Shown: positions 10,821-20,305, numbered from the stretch's first letter. The stretch is 64,000 nt of DNA from an uncultured Clostridia bacterium (GCA_944382715.1 CALWNC010000002.1:8738-72737); one strand, 5' to 3'. The notes: generated by a model from the letters alone, not told the origin. Numbers and translations are program-made.

Positions 10821-10892
10821 TTTTTTAAAAAAAGCCTAATTATCAAGATATAAACTTTTATTAAAAATTTGGAATATCTTGGATAATAAGGC
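10821..10892 (-). terminator. long-hairpin terminator downstream of the gtr-like operon
   Basis: Arms 10834-10850 and 10875-10892 are complementary with about 2 mismatches. A T-run follows on the minus strand. Confidence 0.5.
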
Positions 10893-11093
10893 TAATTTTA
10901 ATATATTTTTAATTCATTTTGCACTTTTTTGTATTTATGTACTCATTTAAAAATTAATTTAACAAAAAAAATAATAAATCTTTTTAATTATAAATATTAA
11001 AACAATTAATAATAAACATAAGAAATATAAAAAAATAATAAATATTTGTTAATTTTTTATAAGTTATAATGAAAAATTGCGTTTTTTACACTA

Positions 11094-11522
11094 TTATAAT
11101 TTTTCAATTAAAAATTTCATAAAGATAAAGTTTAAAATCATTGTGAAAGGTGTAATGCAAATTTTTATAATAACTTTAAGATTTTCTAAAATAAATGAAA
11201 TATTTAAACTTGTAACATAATCAGAAATTGCTTTATAAATGGTTTCAGCAATTAGAGAAACTATACAAACAAAACAAATTTGATAAATTAGATAAATCAA
11301 ATATTTACAGTTAATACTTATTTTTTGATTTTTAGAATTTATAAAGAGTTTTTTTGTTGATGTAAAAAAGACATAAGTTACTGCGGGGATAGAGCTTAAA
11401 ATATTTGAAACAAACACGCTAAGATTTAAAAATTTGGTAAGCAAGAAAAAACTTGAAAAGTCAAGTATCCAGCCTATTCCAGAAATACAAAAAAATTTAA
11501 ATGCCTGAAGTATTAACTTTTT
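11094..11522 (-). CDS. GtrA-family small membrane protein (putative lipid-linked sugar translocase)
   Basis: About 140 aa with four hydrophobic segments. The likely start is MKKLILQAFKFFCISGIGWILDF at 11522; the track ORF extends to 11603. Last gene of the operon. Confidence 0.65.
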   Translation of the reverse strand, partial: KKLILQAFKFFCISGIGWILDFSSFFLLTKFLNLSVFVSNILSSIPAVTYVFFTSTKKLFINSKNQKISINCKYLIYLIYQICFVCIVSLIAETIYKAISDYVTSLNISFILENLKVIIKICITPFTMILNFIFMKFLIEKL

Positions 11523-12672
11523 CATTTCTTTCACCATTATATGTTGCTTTAAAGGCTTCAAGCTCTTCAGGTGTTCCCAAGACATGAACGCTTTCACTAT
11601 CAATAATATTTATGTAAACTGGTAATCCCTTTTTTATCATAAGATTATACATGGGTGCAATATATTTTTCATTTTTTGTTAAGTTTTTCGGATCACCATA
11701 AAATTCATTATATATTGTCTGATACAGGTTAGGGGAAGAAAAATAATACAAACCTAGTGAGCAATTATTTGATATTCTTGTTTTTTCTTTAACCTCAATT
11801 GCTTTTCCTTGTGCGTCAGTTTTTACAAAACTCCAATGGTCACCATCTGCATAAAAACATGGAATAAATCCTTCTCCTTTTATGTCATAAATGCTTAGGC
11901 TTGATGGTTCAATAAATGTGTCAATATTAAAAAATAGTATACCACTGTTTTCACTGCAAAAAGGAATTGCTAAAAGTCCTGTTGTTGCTTGACCATCTGT
12001 TTTTTCTTTAATTTCAACAATTTTGATGTTACTAATTCCAAGATCTTTGCATTTTGAAATTATAAATTCTTTAGAATTTGTATCTTCTCTCACAACGAAT
12101 ATATATGTATTAATTATTGGTTTAAGATTTTTTAAACTTGTTAAGGACCATTCAAAAAGGGTTTTTCCCTTTGCTTCAATCATAAATTTTGGAATAGAGT
12201 ATCCAGCTTCGCTAAATCTACTACCACTACCTGCCATTGTAATAACAATATCTAAATTTTTTTGATTTTCATCTTTATTTTTTACCTGTGAATTTTTACA
12301 TATTATTTCAAGCTCATCTAATGGCTTGTCCAAAAATTCATTTGGTCTAACTGCGCGATCGTCAATGTAAAATCCTTTAAATCCTGGCCATGGTTTTCCA
12401 TAAATTAGTTCGTCAAAGGGAATTTGCCACTTTTCAAGCCAGTTTAGTAGTATTTTTGCAGTATTTTTGTTTATTAAACCCAAATTTCCATTGTATGAAT
12501 TCATATTTCTTGAAGTGAATAGAACAATCTTTGCGCCATATTTTTTATAATCTTTAATTTTTTTTATCATTTCAAAATTTGGAACAATATCTTCATATTT
12601 CATATCTTTAGTTTTGATTGGGCAAATAGTTCCATCTATGTCAAAGATAAATGTATAGGTGTTATTTTCCAT
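11497..12672 (-). CDS. HAD-phosphatase-like / sugar-phosphate nucleotidyltransferase fusion protein
   Basis: N-terminal FIFDIDGTICP is HAD motif I. The central ITMAGSGSRF loop is nucleotidyltransferase-type (G-x-G-x-R). Confidence 0.7.
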   Translation of the reverse strand: MENNTYTFIFDIDGTICPIKTKDMKYEDIVPNFEMIKKIKDYKKYGAKIVLFTSRNMNSYNGNLGLINKNTAKILLNWLEKWQIPFDELIYGKPWPGFKGFYIDDRAVRPNEFLDKPLDELEIICKNSQVKNKDENQKNLDIVITMAGSGSRFSEAGYSIPKFMIEAKGKTLFEWSLTSLKNLKPIINTYIFVVREDTNSKEFIISKCKDLGISNIKIVEIKEKTDGQATTGLLAIPFCSENSGILFFNIDTFIEPSSLSIYDIKGEGFIPCFYADGDHWSFVKTDAQGKAIEVKEKTRISNNCSLGLYYFSSPNLYQTIYNEFYGDPKNLTKNEKYIAPMYNLMIKKGLPVYINIIDSESVHVLGTPEELEAFKATYNGERNEKVNTSGI

Positions 12673-13664
12673 TAATCTTTTTTCCTTATGTCTAAAATTT
12701 TATCTAAAATTTGAATTCCTGTAATTAGCATAGCATATTGTTGGGAAATGCTTTCACTATGAAGTGGTATCATACTTAAAAATAATAAAGATTCTATAAA
12801 ATAGATTTCTTTAGTTTGTGATGTTACTAAGTCGTCAAAAATCTCAAAAAAGATTTTTACTAAATCAGTTGTATCTTGAGTTTCTACACTATAACTAAAT
12901 TCATTTAAGTTACTATTATAAGACAGTATAAATTTATCCTTTATAATAAAATCATATTTTCCATCAATTGAATGCAAAATTTTAGCATATTCATATCTTT
13001 GGTCACCATAAATGTCTTGATCGCCAAAAGAGCCACGAGGGTCGACTAAAATAATGTTTGTGTAATCATTATTTATTAAAATATTAGAAAAACACATATC
13101 ACCATGTATTATTGTAAACTCATTTACATTATAGAGAACCTTTGGAATATAAATTTTAAGTAATCTTATGATGTCATCTAAACTCAAATATGTTATACCA
13201 TTTATAGTAATAGGTACGCTAAAAATTTTAGAAAAATTGTTATTGTTACGAAGTTTTTCAAGTCTAGTAGTAGTTTTATATAAGTACATATTTTCTAAAT
13301 CTTTTTTAGTGTTATTTTTAATGGTAAATTTTTGGAATTCCTCACAACACGACTTTAGCAATTTAAAAACTTTAATCCAACCATTTTCGTCAAGTTTATT
13401 ATTCAATAAAAGATAGTGCAAAGTATCATACTTATAAAACTTCATTTCTATAAAAGTATTTGAGTCATCTAAACCATAATTAAAGATTTCCGGCTTGTAT
13501 TTACACAATTGATTAGGTAATTTTAAATACCACTTAATTTCTTTTTGTAATTTTTTTGTATCCAAACTTTCTTTTCTAAAGACATTATTTTTAAGTATTA
13601 TAGTATTAAATATTCTTGGACTTACATATAAGTTTGGATTTACTGACTTTTGTGTTTGTTTCAT
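12672..13664 (-). CDS. APH/choline-kinase-family small-molecule kinase
   Basis: HGDMCFSNILI (H-x-D-x4-N catalytic loop) followed by VDPRG. Confidence 0.7.
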   Translation of the reverse strand: MKQTQKSVNPNLYVSPRIFNTIILKNNVFRKESLDTKKLQKEIKWYLKLPNQLCKYKPEIFNYGLDDSNTFIEMKFYKYDTLHYLLLNNKLDENGWIKVFKLLKSCCEEFQKFTIKNNTKKDLENMYLYKTTTRLEKLRNNNNFSKIFSVPITINGITYLSLDDIIRLLKIYIPKVLYNVNEFTIIHGDMCFSNILINNDYTNIILVDPRGSFGDQDIYGDQRYEYAKILHSIDGKYDFIIKDKFILSYNSNLNEFSYSVETQDTTDLVKIFFEIFDDLVTSQTKEIYFIESLLFLSMIPLHSESISQQYAMLITGIQILDKILDIRKKD

Positions 13665-13679
13665 AATTTTTCCTTATGT

Positions 13680-14477
13680 TTATTTTTTTATGATAATTTG
13701 TGATTCATATTTGTAATTTTTATTTAATCTTTTATCTTTTGTAACAAATCTTTTTTTGCCAAACAGATATGAAAGGGCGATTTTTAATGTAGTAAATGAT
13801 TGTTTAACCATTTTTACATTGGAGCGTTGACCAGCTTCTTCCCAAGTAATCGGGAAAAACAAAATTCTATGTTTTAAATAACAAGAGCATAAAATCATTT
13901 CATAGTTAAATGTTAAATTGTCTTTTGTTTTTATCCACCAATCATCATTAAAAATAGAAACCTTATACATATTAAGACCACTGCCAAGATCCTTAAGTTT
14001 TTTTCTAGAAACAACAGAATAAATAATATTAAAAACTCTATTGCCAAAAATTCTAAATTTTGCGTAGCTTATAAGCTTTGATTGCTTCATAAACCTAGAG
14101 CCAAACAGGCAATCATAATCTTTGTATGTCTCATTTTTGAGATAGGGCAAAATGTCAATAATTTTTCCTTGATTGTCTCCATGTAGCGTAATTAGATAAT
14201 CAAATTTGTTTTGTTTTGCATATTTAATTGCAACCTTGTGAGAACCTCCAAGCCCATAATTTTCTTTATTTTCTAAAATGGTTATTGGTAAAAAATTCTC
14301 AGAATTTTTTATGTAGTTTTGAACGGTTTTAAGAGTATTGTCCTGACTTCTGTTATCAACAACTAAAACCTCACTTATAAAATTTCTAATTTCATCACTA
14401 AGTAATTGGTCCAAGGTAAAAGAAATTTCATTTTCACAGTTATATGTAGGAATAAATACTAGAATTTTATCTTCCAT
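13680..14477 (-). CDS. GT2-family glycosyltransferase (GtrB/CsbB-like polyprenyl-phosphate glycosyltransferase)
   Basis: VFIPTYNCENEI, VVDNRSQDNT and HGDNQ, the GT-A DxD-type region. Confidence 0.75.
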   Translation of the reverse strand: MEDKILVFIPTYNCENEISFTLDQLLSDEIRNFISEVLVVDNRSQDNTLKTVQNYIKNSENFLPITILENKENYGLGGSHKVAIKYAKQNKFDYLITLHGDNQGKIIDILPYLKNETYKDYDCLFGSRFMKQSKLISYAKFRIFGNRVFNIIYSVVSRKKLKDLGSGLNMYKVSIFNDDWWIKTKDNLTFNYEMILCSCYLKHRILFFPITWEEAGQRSNVKMVKQSFTTLKIALSYLFGKKRFVTKDKRLNKNYKYESQIIIKK

Positions 14478-16288
14478 AAAAGCTCCTTATTTTTAAAAAT
14501 TTCAAAAGACTTTTTAAATTTTTTTGTTCTCTTTTTGTTTATTATTTTTGATTTTCTTATGCAGTTTTTAGTCTTTTTTGATTTAAAAATATTAAATTTA
14601 ATTGTAACTTTATAGAAAATATAGAAATAACATATCAAATAAAAGCACAAATAATACATAAAGAAGGTTGCTGGTGCCGTTAAAAAAATTATTCCAAACT
14701 TAATAATTAATGCTAAAATAATTAAAAAATTGTAGAAATTAATTTGTTTTTTACATGTGCCAGTTACTTTTGTAATAAAGCATATTAAATATTTTATCGC
14801 AAGTGCTATTAAAAGAATTACTGCAGGAAAAAGTGAGTAGATAATCATTCCAACTATGCTCATCTCTCCATTTTCTCCACCTTGCAAAATTAACATAACA
14901 ACTTTTCTGAGCTTTGGGCAAATTTCGTGCTCAATAATGCCATATCCATATGATGATTTAGGATTATTAGGTGAATTATTTATAAAAATCTCAAAATCAT
15001 ACAATCCGTTTGTGCTTAAAAATAATATAAAATCAATAATAAATATTGGGCCTAAATATTTAAGGGTTAGCTTTATGTATAATGAATATAATTCATTAAT
15101 GTCACTTTTTGTTATATCTTGGTTTCTAAGTAATGAATTAAGATTATAATTATAGGCATTGTGAGCTTTAAGGTCAGAGGAATCTGAGTCATTAAAAAAT
15201 AATTCAATAACTAATTGAGTATTTATGTATTTGTCGATTTTATCAATAAGAGGGTCATTTAATGTGTAAGCAAATTTAATTAGATAAATAAGTTTTGATC
15301 CCAGGGCAACATAGTTATAATAGTTGTCAAAGGTGGTATTTTCGCCTGGTGTAACTGTATAAGTTGGATCTTGCCATTCTTGAAACATAGAATTATCAAG
15401 TTTTGTTTTTTGCATAGCATATTTTTGTGGTAAATAAATAAAACATGAACAAATTATTATAGTAGAAAGAAAAATTGAAACAAGCTTTTTTGTAAGATTC
15501 TTTCGAATTGATAGCAAAAGTGCAAAGATAAATATCACATATAGTGGGATAGACTCTGTTCTCCACAAGCCAATAATCGGAATTAGCACTCCAAATTCAA
15601 TTAGTTTTGGGATTGTTGGCTTGTCAAATTTAATAAAAATAGCAATAAGTTCGACAACTATTAAAAGTTCTAAAAATGTACAAAGTGTTGCTCTAAGGGG
15701 ATTAAGAGCAAAAAGAATTACTGGTGGCAAGCAAAATGGAATAAATAAACATATGACATTAATTTTCTTCAAGTTCATCTTTAGATTTAAAAAGAAAGAT
15801 ACTTTTTCAATAATAAAGCCTACAATTGCAGATAGAAAAATAATCTGAAATAATACTATAAAAAGTGGCGAGATAAAGGTAAACATTGCAAGTATGTAAA
15901 ATAACTGAGTTAAAACATGATGCCAGCCGTAAAGAATAAACCTTTTGCTATAAACAAGTATTGTGAATTCGTCATTAACATAATTTCCCGGAAAGGTAAG
16001 TAGATAAAAAACAAAAAGTATGGCAAAATAAATTAAAAAATATTTAACAAATCGAACAAATCTTGGGGATTTTATTTTTAGTTTTAAAATTAGATTATAA
16101 ATTAATTGATAAAGAATAATAAAAAAAGCACAACATATCATCATTGATAAAATATAAAAAATAGTGCTTTCTAAAGTTTTAAAAACATCAATAAATGTAA
16201 AAAAATAACAAAGAAATAGATTTAATAGAAAGTGGAGAAGTGAAATAAATAATAATAATTTATTAAACCTAAATTTAAAATAATCCAT
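14459..16288 (-). CDS. large polytopic membrane protein, candidate GT-C-type (YfhO/GtrC-like) glycosyltransferase
   Basis: About 610 aa. Many TM segments flank a ~150-aa hydrophilic region, and the tail is basic. The likely start is MDYFKF at 16288; the track ORF starts at 16324 inside a palindrome. First gene of the GT2/GtrA operon. Confidence 0.55.
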   Translation of the reverse strand: MDYFKFRFNKLLLFISLLHFLLNLFLCYFFTFIDVFKTLESTIFYILSMMICCAFFIILYQLIYNLILKLKIKSPRFVRFVKYFLIYFAILFVFYLLTFPGNYVNDEFTILVYSKRFILYGWHHVLTQLFYILAMFTFISPLFIVLFQIIFLSAIVGFIIEKVSFFLNLKMNLKKINVICLFIPFCLPPVILFALNPLRATLCTFLELLIVVELIAIFIKFDKPTIPKLIEFGVLIPIIGLWRTESIPLYVIFIFALLLSIRKNLTKKLVSIFLSTIIICSCFIYLPQKYAMQKTKLDNSMFQEWQDPTYTVTPGENTTFDNYYNYVALGSKLIYLIKFAYTLNDPLIDKIDKYINTQLVIELFFNDSDSSDLKAHNAYNYNLNSLLRNQDITKSDINELYSLYIKLTLKYLGPIFIIDFILFLSTNGLYDFEIFINNSPNNPKSSYGYGIIEHEICPKLRKVVMLILQGGENGEMSIVGMIIYSLFPAVILLIALAIKYLICFITKVTGTCKKQINFYNFLIILALIIKFGIIFLTAPATFFMYYLCFYLICYFYIFYKVTIKFNIFKSKKTKNCIRKSKIINKKRTKKFKKSFEIFKNKELLWKIKF

Positions 16289-16300
16289 ATATTGTATTAT

Positions 16301-16319
16301 ACTAGACAATTTGTCTAGT
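16301..16319. promoter_or_regulatory. perfect 19-bp palindrome (candidate operator) in a divergent promoter region
   Basis: actagacaa-t-ttgtctagt lies between the membrane-protein gene and the XRE gene. Confidence 0.45.
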
Positions 16320-16352
16320 GTCAAGACATTTTATCTAGTTTAAACACATAAT

Positions 16353-16565
16353 ATGGGTATGGATATAAAATTTTGTGAGAATTTAAAGAGCATTAGAAAA
16401 GAGTGTAATCTAACGCAAAAACAGGTGGCAGAAAAGATGAATGTTGTTGAAAGTTGTTATGCGAACTGGGAACAAGGAAGAACTGAGCCAAACATTGATT
16501 CAATTAGAAAACTAGCCAAAATTTTTAATGTTAGTATTGATGAATTATTTAATGGAAATTTATAG
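16353..16565 (+). CDS. XRE-family HTH transcriptional regulator (70 aa)
   Basis: LKSIRKECNLTQKQVAEKMNVVESCYANWEQGRTEP...LAKIFNVSIDELF. Confidence 0.85.
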   Translation: MGMDIKFCENLKSIRKECNLTQKQVAEKMNVVESCYANWEQGRTEPNIDSIRKLAKIFNVSIDELFNGNL

Positions 16566-16570
16566 AAGTA

Positions 16571-16614
16571 AAAAGATAGTTTTTAACTTTTTCGTGATTA
16601 AACTATCTTTTTTA
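16571..16614 (+). terminator. rho-independent terminator
   Basis: Stem aaaagatagttt / aaactatctttt followed by Ts. Confidence 0.6.
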
Positions 16615-17197
16615 ATTGCATAAAATTTTTAAAAGAGTTATTATTTTTAATTAGTAAGGTTATTTAAAAAATTAAAAGTGCACAAATATGATTAAACTGT
16701 AATTTTTTCTAATATTTTTACAAACATTTACAAAATTAATAATTTTTGATAAAAAGGGAAATGATAAAAATGTAATAAAAAATAAGCTACAAAAAAATTG
16801 ATAAAGCTTTAGAATTTTGTTGGATAATTTTAATTATTATTGAAAAAGTGTTTGGTTGAGTTATTAATTAAAAAGATTTAGAATATTTACAAGAATTCAA
16901 ACATTGAGATAAAAGAGCAATTTTAGATTTAATTTTTTAAATAATGGCTCTAAAAATGATTAATTTTTAAAATTTATAGCACTCACTGATACATTTTTAG
17001 GTAAATATCTATATTTTCCATCTTTAAGAGAACAACTAAAATTAAAAAGTTATTATAAAATAATAATGATAGGACTTTATGGTCGTTAAGACACAAAAAC
17101 AAAAAAACGCAAAAGAAGAAAAAAATTATTGAAGAGAAAGAATAATAAAACATTACTTAGCAATAAAATTCTCTTTAAAATTTATTAAGAGGTAGGT

Positions 17198-17515
17198 ATG
17201 AAAAAAGAATTTACTTATGATGATGTTATTTTTAGGTTTGGATATTATAGAAATAAAAATAATTTATCAGCAAGAGATTTAAGTTTGCAACTTGATTATG
17301 GAGCATCACAGGTTAATAGAATAGAGAGAAAGAAAGTAGAATTAAAAGTTTCGACGCTTTTAAAATTTATGGAACTTGTAGGGATAACTCCACTTGAATT
17401 TTTCTATCCAGATTTAGAAAGTTATAAATATGATATAGAACTTATAAAAATACAATCAAATTTATCAAGTGAAGATAAACAAATGTTAATAGCACTGGCA
17501 AAGAAAATTAAGTAG
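17198..17515 (+). CDS. XRE-like HTH protein (105 aa)
   Basis: NNLSARDLSLQLDYGASQVNRIERKKVELKVSTLLKFMELVGITPLEFF. Confidence 0.7.
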   Translation: MKKEFTYDDVIFRFGYYRNKNNLSARDLSLQLDYGASQVNRIERKKVELKVSTLLKFMELVGITPLEFFYPDLESYKYDIELIKIQSNLSSEDKQMLIALAKKIK

Positions 17516-17545
17516 AGATAGATTTAAAAGTAGAGATAAGTTTAT

Positions 17546-18083
17546 ATGATAAATGCAAAAGAAAAAGAAGAGATAGATAATCTAGTTAAGAGATTCAAGT
17601 TAAATAATGACATGGAAGCCTTTGAAACACTGTATAAGAAAACAAGTAGAGAGATAGCGACCTTTTTAAAATATGCAGGAGCAGATGAATTTACTATAGA
17701 CGATGTGTTGTCCACAACATTTATGCTGGTTTATCAAAAGGCAAAACATAAAGTTAAATGCAAAGATTGTTATTTTTGGATATTTAAAGATAGCAAAATA
17801 TACATTATACAATTATAATAGGAAATTTAAAAGAGAAACAAGCTATGAAACAATTGAATTTGAAATTGAAGATAGAAAGCAGAGTAATTTTGAGGAATAT
17901 GTATCAATAAAAGATTTGATAGATAATCTTTCGAATATGGAAAAGCAAATTTTGCAGTTAAAAGTTTATCAATCTATGACATATAATCAAATTGCCGAGA
18001 TTTTAAATATATCAAAATCGACAGTAATAAGAAGATATGACAGAATAAGAAAACTGATAGAAAGGATAAACAAAGATGAATGA
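17546..18083 (+). pseudogene. ECF-type sigma-70 family factor split by a +1 frameshift
   Basis: The region-2-like part (17546-17818 frame) and the rest lie in frames offset by 1. The second frame carries FGYLKIAKYTLYNYNRKFKRE plus region 4, LSNMEKQILQLKVYQSMTYNQIAEILNISKSTVIRRYDRI. Removing one A from the run at 17743-17746 restores one ORF. Confidence 0.75.
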
Positions 18084-18735
18084 GAAAATTGAAAAAGAGA
18101 TTGAAGAATATTTTGAATCGAATGCCCCAAAGCCAAGTGAAAAAACATATGAAATGACGCTAAAAAAAATTGAAGAAAATTTAGCAGGCTCAACTGCTAA
18201 GAAAAAAATCTCTTCAAAGCTAAAACTAATCATGAGTTTGTCTATAATTTTGGTGGTGGCATTGTCTGTGGTGCTTGGAGTATTGATAACTAAAAATAGT
18301 GGCAGTAAAAGGCATTACTATATGGAAAATGAGTTAGTAAGTGTGGATATATCCGAAGTAGAGGTTCAAAAATACATAAATGACAATTATCCAAAGTATA
18401 ATTTTTTATTTAGTGAAGAATATGAAATAGAAAATTGCTATTCTTATAATTATAAAAATGCATTAACAGTGCTAAATTTTACTGCAGTAAAGAAAGAAGT
18501 GCCATATACAGAAATAGAATTTAAATTAATAACTGATTATTATTATTTGTACGCAGAAGATGAAAACTATAAAAAATCAGCAACAGTAGAAAGTAACAGT
18601 GAATATACGATGTATTATACTGAAGTTTCCGAAATATATTCGACATATGGTTATGCTCTTTTTGAGTATCAAGATTATAGAATATATTTGAAATTCGACA
18701 TAGTAGACAAAAACATCTTAGAAAATTTCAAATAA
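18076..18735 (+). CDS. putative anti-sigma factor (single-pass membrane protein)
   Basis: ATGA start/stop overlap with the sigma gene. Short cytoplasmic N-terminus, one TM (LIMSLSIILVVALSVVLGVLI), then an extracellular domain. Confidence 0.55.
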   Translation: MNEKIEKEIEEYFESNAPKPSEKTYEMTLKKIEENLAGSTAKKKISSKLKLIMSLSIILVVALSVVLGVLITKNSGSKRHYYMENELVSVDISEVEVQKYINDNYPKYNFLFSEEYEIENCYSYNYKNALTVLNFTAVKKEVPYTEIEFKLITDYYYLYAEDENYKKSATVESNSEYTMYYTEVSEIYSTYGYALFEYQDYRIYLKFDIVDKNILENFK

Positions 18736-18798
18736 ACCCAAAATTCTGACAACATCTAACCTTCTCAAAACATTATATTAGTAGAGGAGGTAAAAATT

Positions 18799-19635
18799 AT
18801 GAAGAGAAGTTTTTTATCAATATTAACTGCATTAATAATGATACTATGTGGAAATTTATTATTGTCAAATGAAAGTGCAAACGCAATGTCAAGCGTAAGA
18901 TACTATGGAGAAGTTAATTACTCAGAAACTGACCCAGGTTCGAATATAACATATGTAACATATGATATTTACTATGACAGTTATGAGATGGACGATACAC
19001 ATTTAGAAAGATTGTGCCCAAACTATGAAAATGTCAATCATGCAAATTCTTGTGCACCAATGGCGGCAACGATAATAGTTGGATATTATGACTATGAGTT
19101 TGAAAACCTTGTTCCAAACTATTCGACATGCTATTATTATAATGGAACTTATGGTTATAGACCAAGGTCAAGTGAAGTGCAAGATGTAAAAGACCAACTC
19201 TATACGCTAATGGGAACAAATACTGAAAGCCCGGGAACATCAGTCGCACAATTCAAATCCGGCTTTACAAGCTATGTAAATAGTAAGGGCTTAAACATAA
19301 GTTATAATTCTTGTGGAAATACATTTAACTTGCAGACTGCAATTAATTATTTAAATCAAGGACAGCCAATAGCAGTGTTTGTTAGCGGGTACGAATATTT
19401 TCCAGAAGTGGGACTGTATAGAGAAGACGGACATTTTTCAATGGGAGGACGAAGTAGTACCAACACCCATGTATTTGTGGCATATGGATATAGACAATAT
19501 AGGTATTATGACGAGAATGGGCTGTTTAAAACAGAAAACTATCTAGTAGTTGTGTTTGGTGACGGAACTCAAGGACTACTTTCTATAGATAGGGTAACAA
19601 ATATTGATGAAGCATATGCAATAGACATTTATTAA
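18799..19635 (+). CDS. secreted papain-fold cysteine peptidase-like protein (C10/C39-like)
   Basis: Signal peptide MKRSFLSILTALIMILCGNLLLSNESANA. Candidate catalytic Cys in NSCAPMAATIIVGYYD and His in NTHVFVAYGY. Confidence 0.5.
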   Translation: MKRSFLSILTALIMILCGNLLLSNESANAMSSVRYYGEVNYSETDPGSNITYVTYDIYYDSYEMDDTHLERLCPNYENVNHANSCAPMAATIIVGYYDYEFENLVPNYSTCYYYNGTYGYRPRSSEVQDVKDQLYTLMGTNTESPGTSVAQFKSGFTSYVNSKGLNISYNSCGNTFNLQTAINYLNQGQPIAVFVSGYEYFPEVGLYREDGHFSMGGRSSTNTHVFVAYGYRQYRYYDENGLFKTENYLVVVFGDGTQGLLSIDRVTNIDEAYAIDIY

Positions 19636-19870
19636 AATATCTCAGGTTATAGAAAAACTCCGCAATTGAAAAATTAAATAAATTTTTCTTGTTGCGTTTA
19701 CTGTAAAATGCCTAAAAACAGTCATTTAGGATAACTAAACTCCTGCTTTTAGGCATTGTTTTTTTTGTAACCTGAATAATTGTTTACACTCTGAGACATT
19801 TATTAAAAATGTCTTTTTTGCGTATTTAGTTAATTTATAAATTCTATTTTTGCGAATTTTAGTAGCACAA

Positions 19871-20230
19871 ATGAAGAAGGTAAAGGAGATATTAAAAATC
19901 TATAGAATAAATAAGACTTACAAACGGGATTTAGAAAATGAGCTAGCTAAAGAAGTGGAAAATGTGGACCATCGAAAATTTCTCGAAAGAGAACTTAATC
20001 AAGTAGTCGAAATAATTGAAGATGTCGATAAAACTATCTCATCTTTAAGTCAACCAAACAAAAGTTTAATTTTTTATAGGTATATAAAGGGTATGTCTTA
20101 TGAAAGTATTGCTTTCAGGTTAAATTATTCCGTGCAAAGAATATATCAACTTTTAAATTTAGCACTAAATGAATTTCTAGAAAAATATATTAACATACAA
20201 AAAGAAAAAATAAGAGAAGAAAAAGATTAG
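19871..20230 (+). CDS. small sigma-70 region-4-like DNA-binding regulator (phage late-activator RinA/ArpU-like size and layout)
   Basis: About 120 aa. C-terminal LSQPNKSLIFYRYIKGMSYESIAFRLNYSVQRIYQLLNLALNEFL. No region 2. I prefer the ATG at 19871; the track starts at TTG 19850. Confidence 0.6.
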   Translation: MKKVKEILKIYRINKTYKRDLENELAKEVENVDHRKFLERELNQVVEIIEDVDKTISSLSQPNKSLIFYRYIKGMSYESIAFRLNYSVQRIYQLLNLALNEFLEKYINIQKEKIREEKD

Positions 20231-20251
20231 AGTAAATTAGAGTAAATTTTA
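20226..20251 (+). promoter_or_regulatory. 26-nt conserved element, copy 1 (tandem TAGAGTAAAT x2)
   Basis: attagagtaaattagagtaaatttta is identical to 28322-28347. It overlaps the regulator stop codon, 55 nt upstream of the RHS start. Confidence 0.55.
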
Positions 20252-20256
20252 ATTAT

Positions 20257-20296
20257 CCTGTGAATTAGGTAGAACACCTACCGAGTAAATCACAGG
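20257..20296 (+). promoter_or_regulatory. 5' leader hairpin whose 3' arm overlaps the RHS Shine-Dalgarno
   Basis: Outer stem cctgtga / tcacagg and inner stem ggtag / ctacc. The SD ggag begins inside the 3' arm. Confidence 0.4.
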
Positions 20297-20305
20297 AGAA
20301 AAATT

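Noticed and set aside
17511-17538. Direct repeat AGTAGAGATA x2, spaced 18 bp apart, just upstream of the sigma-factor gene. It contains the same TAGAG core as the 26-nt RHS element.
   Set aside because: Only a 5-nt core is shared with the 26-mer. The first copy overlaps the XRE stop codon. It is short enough to be coincidental, so I left it as a note rather than a claim.
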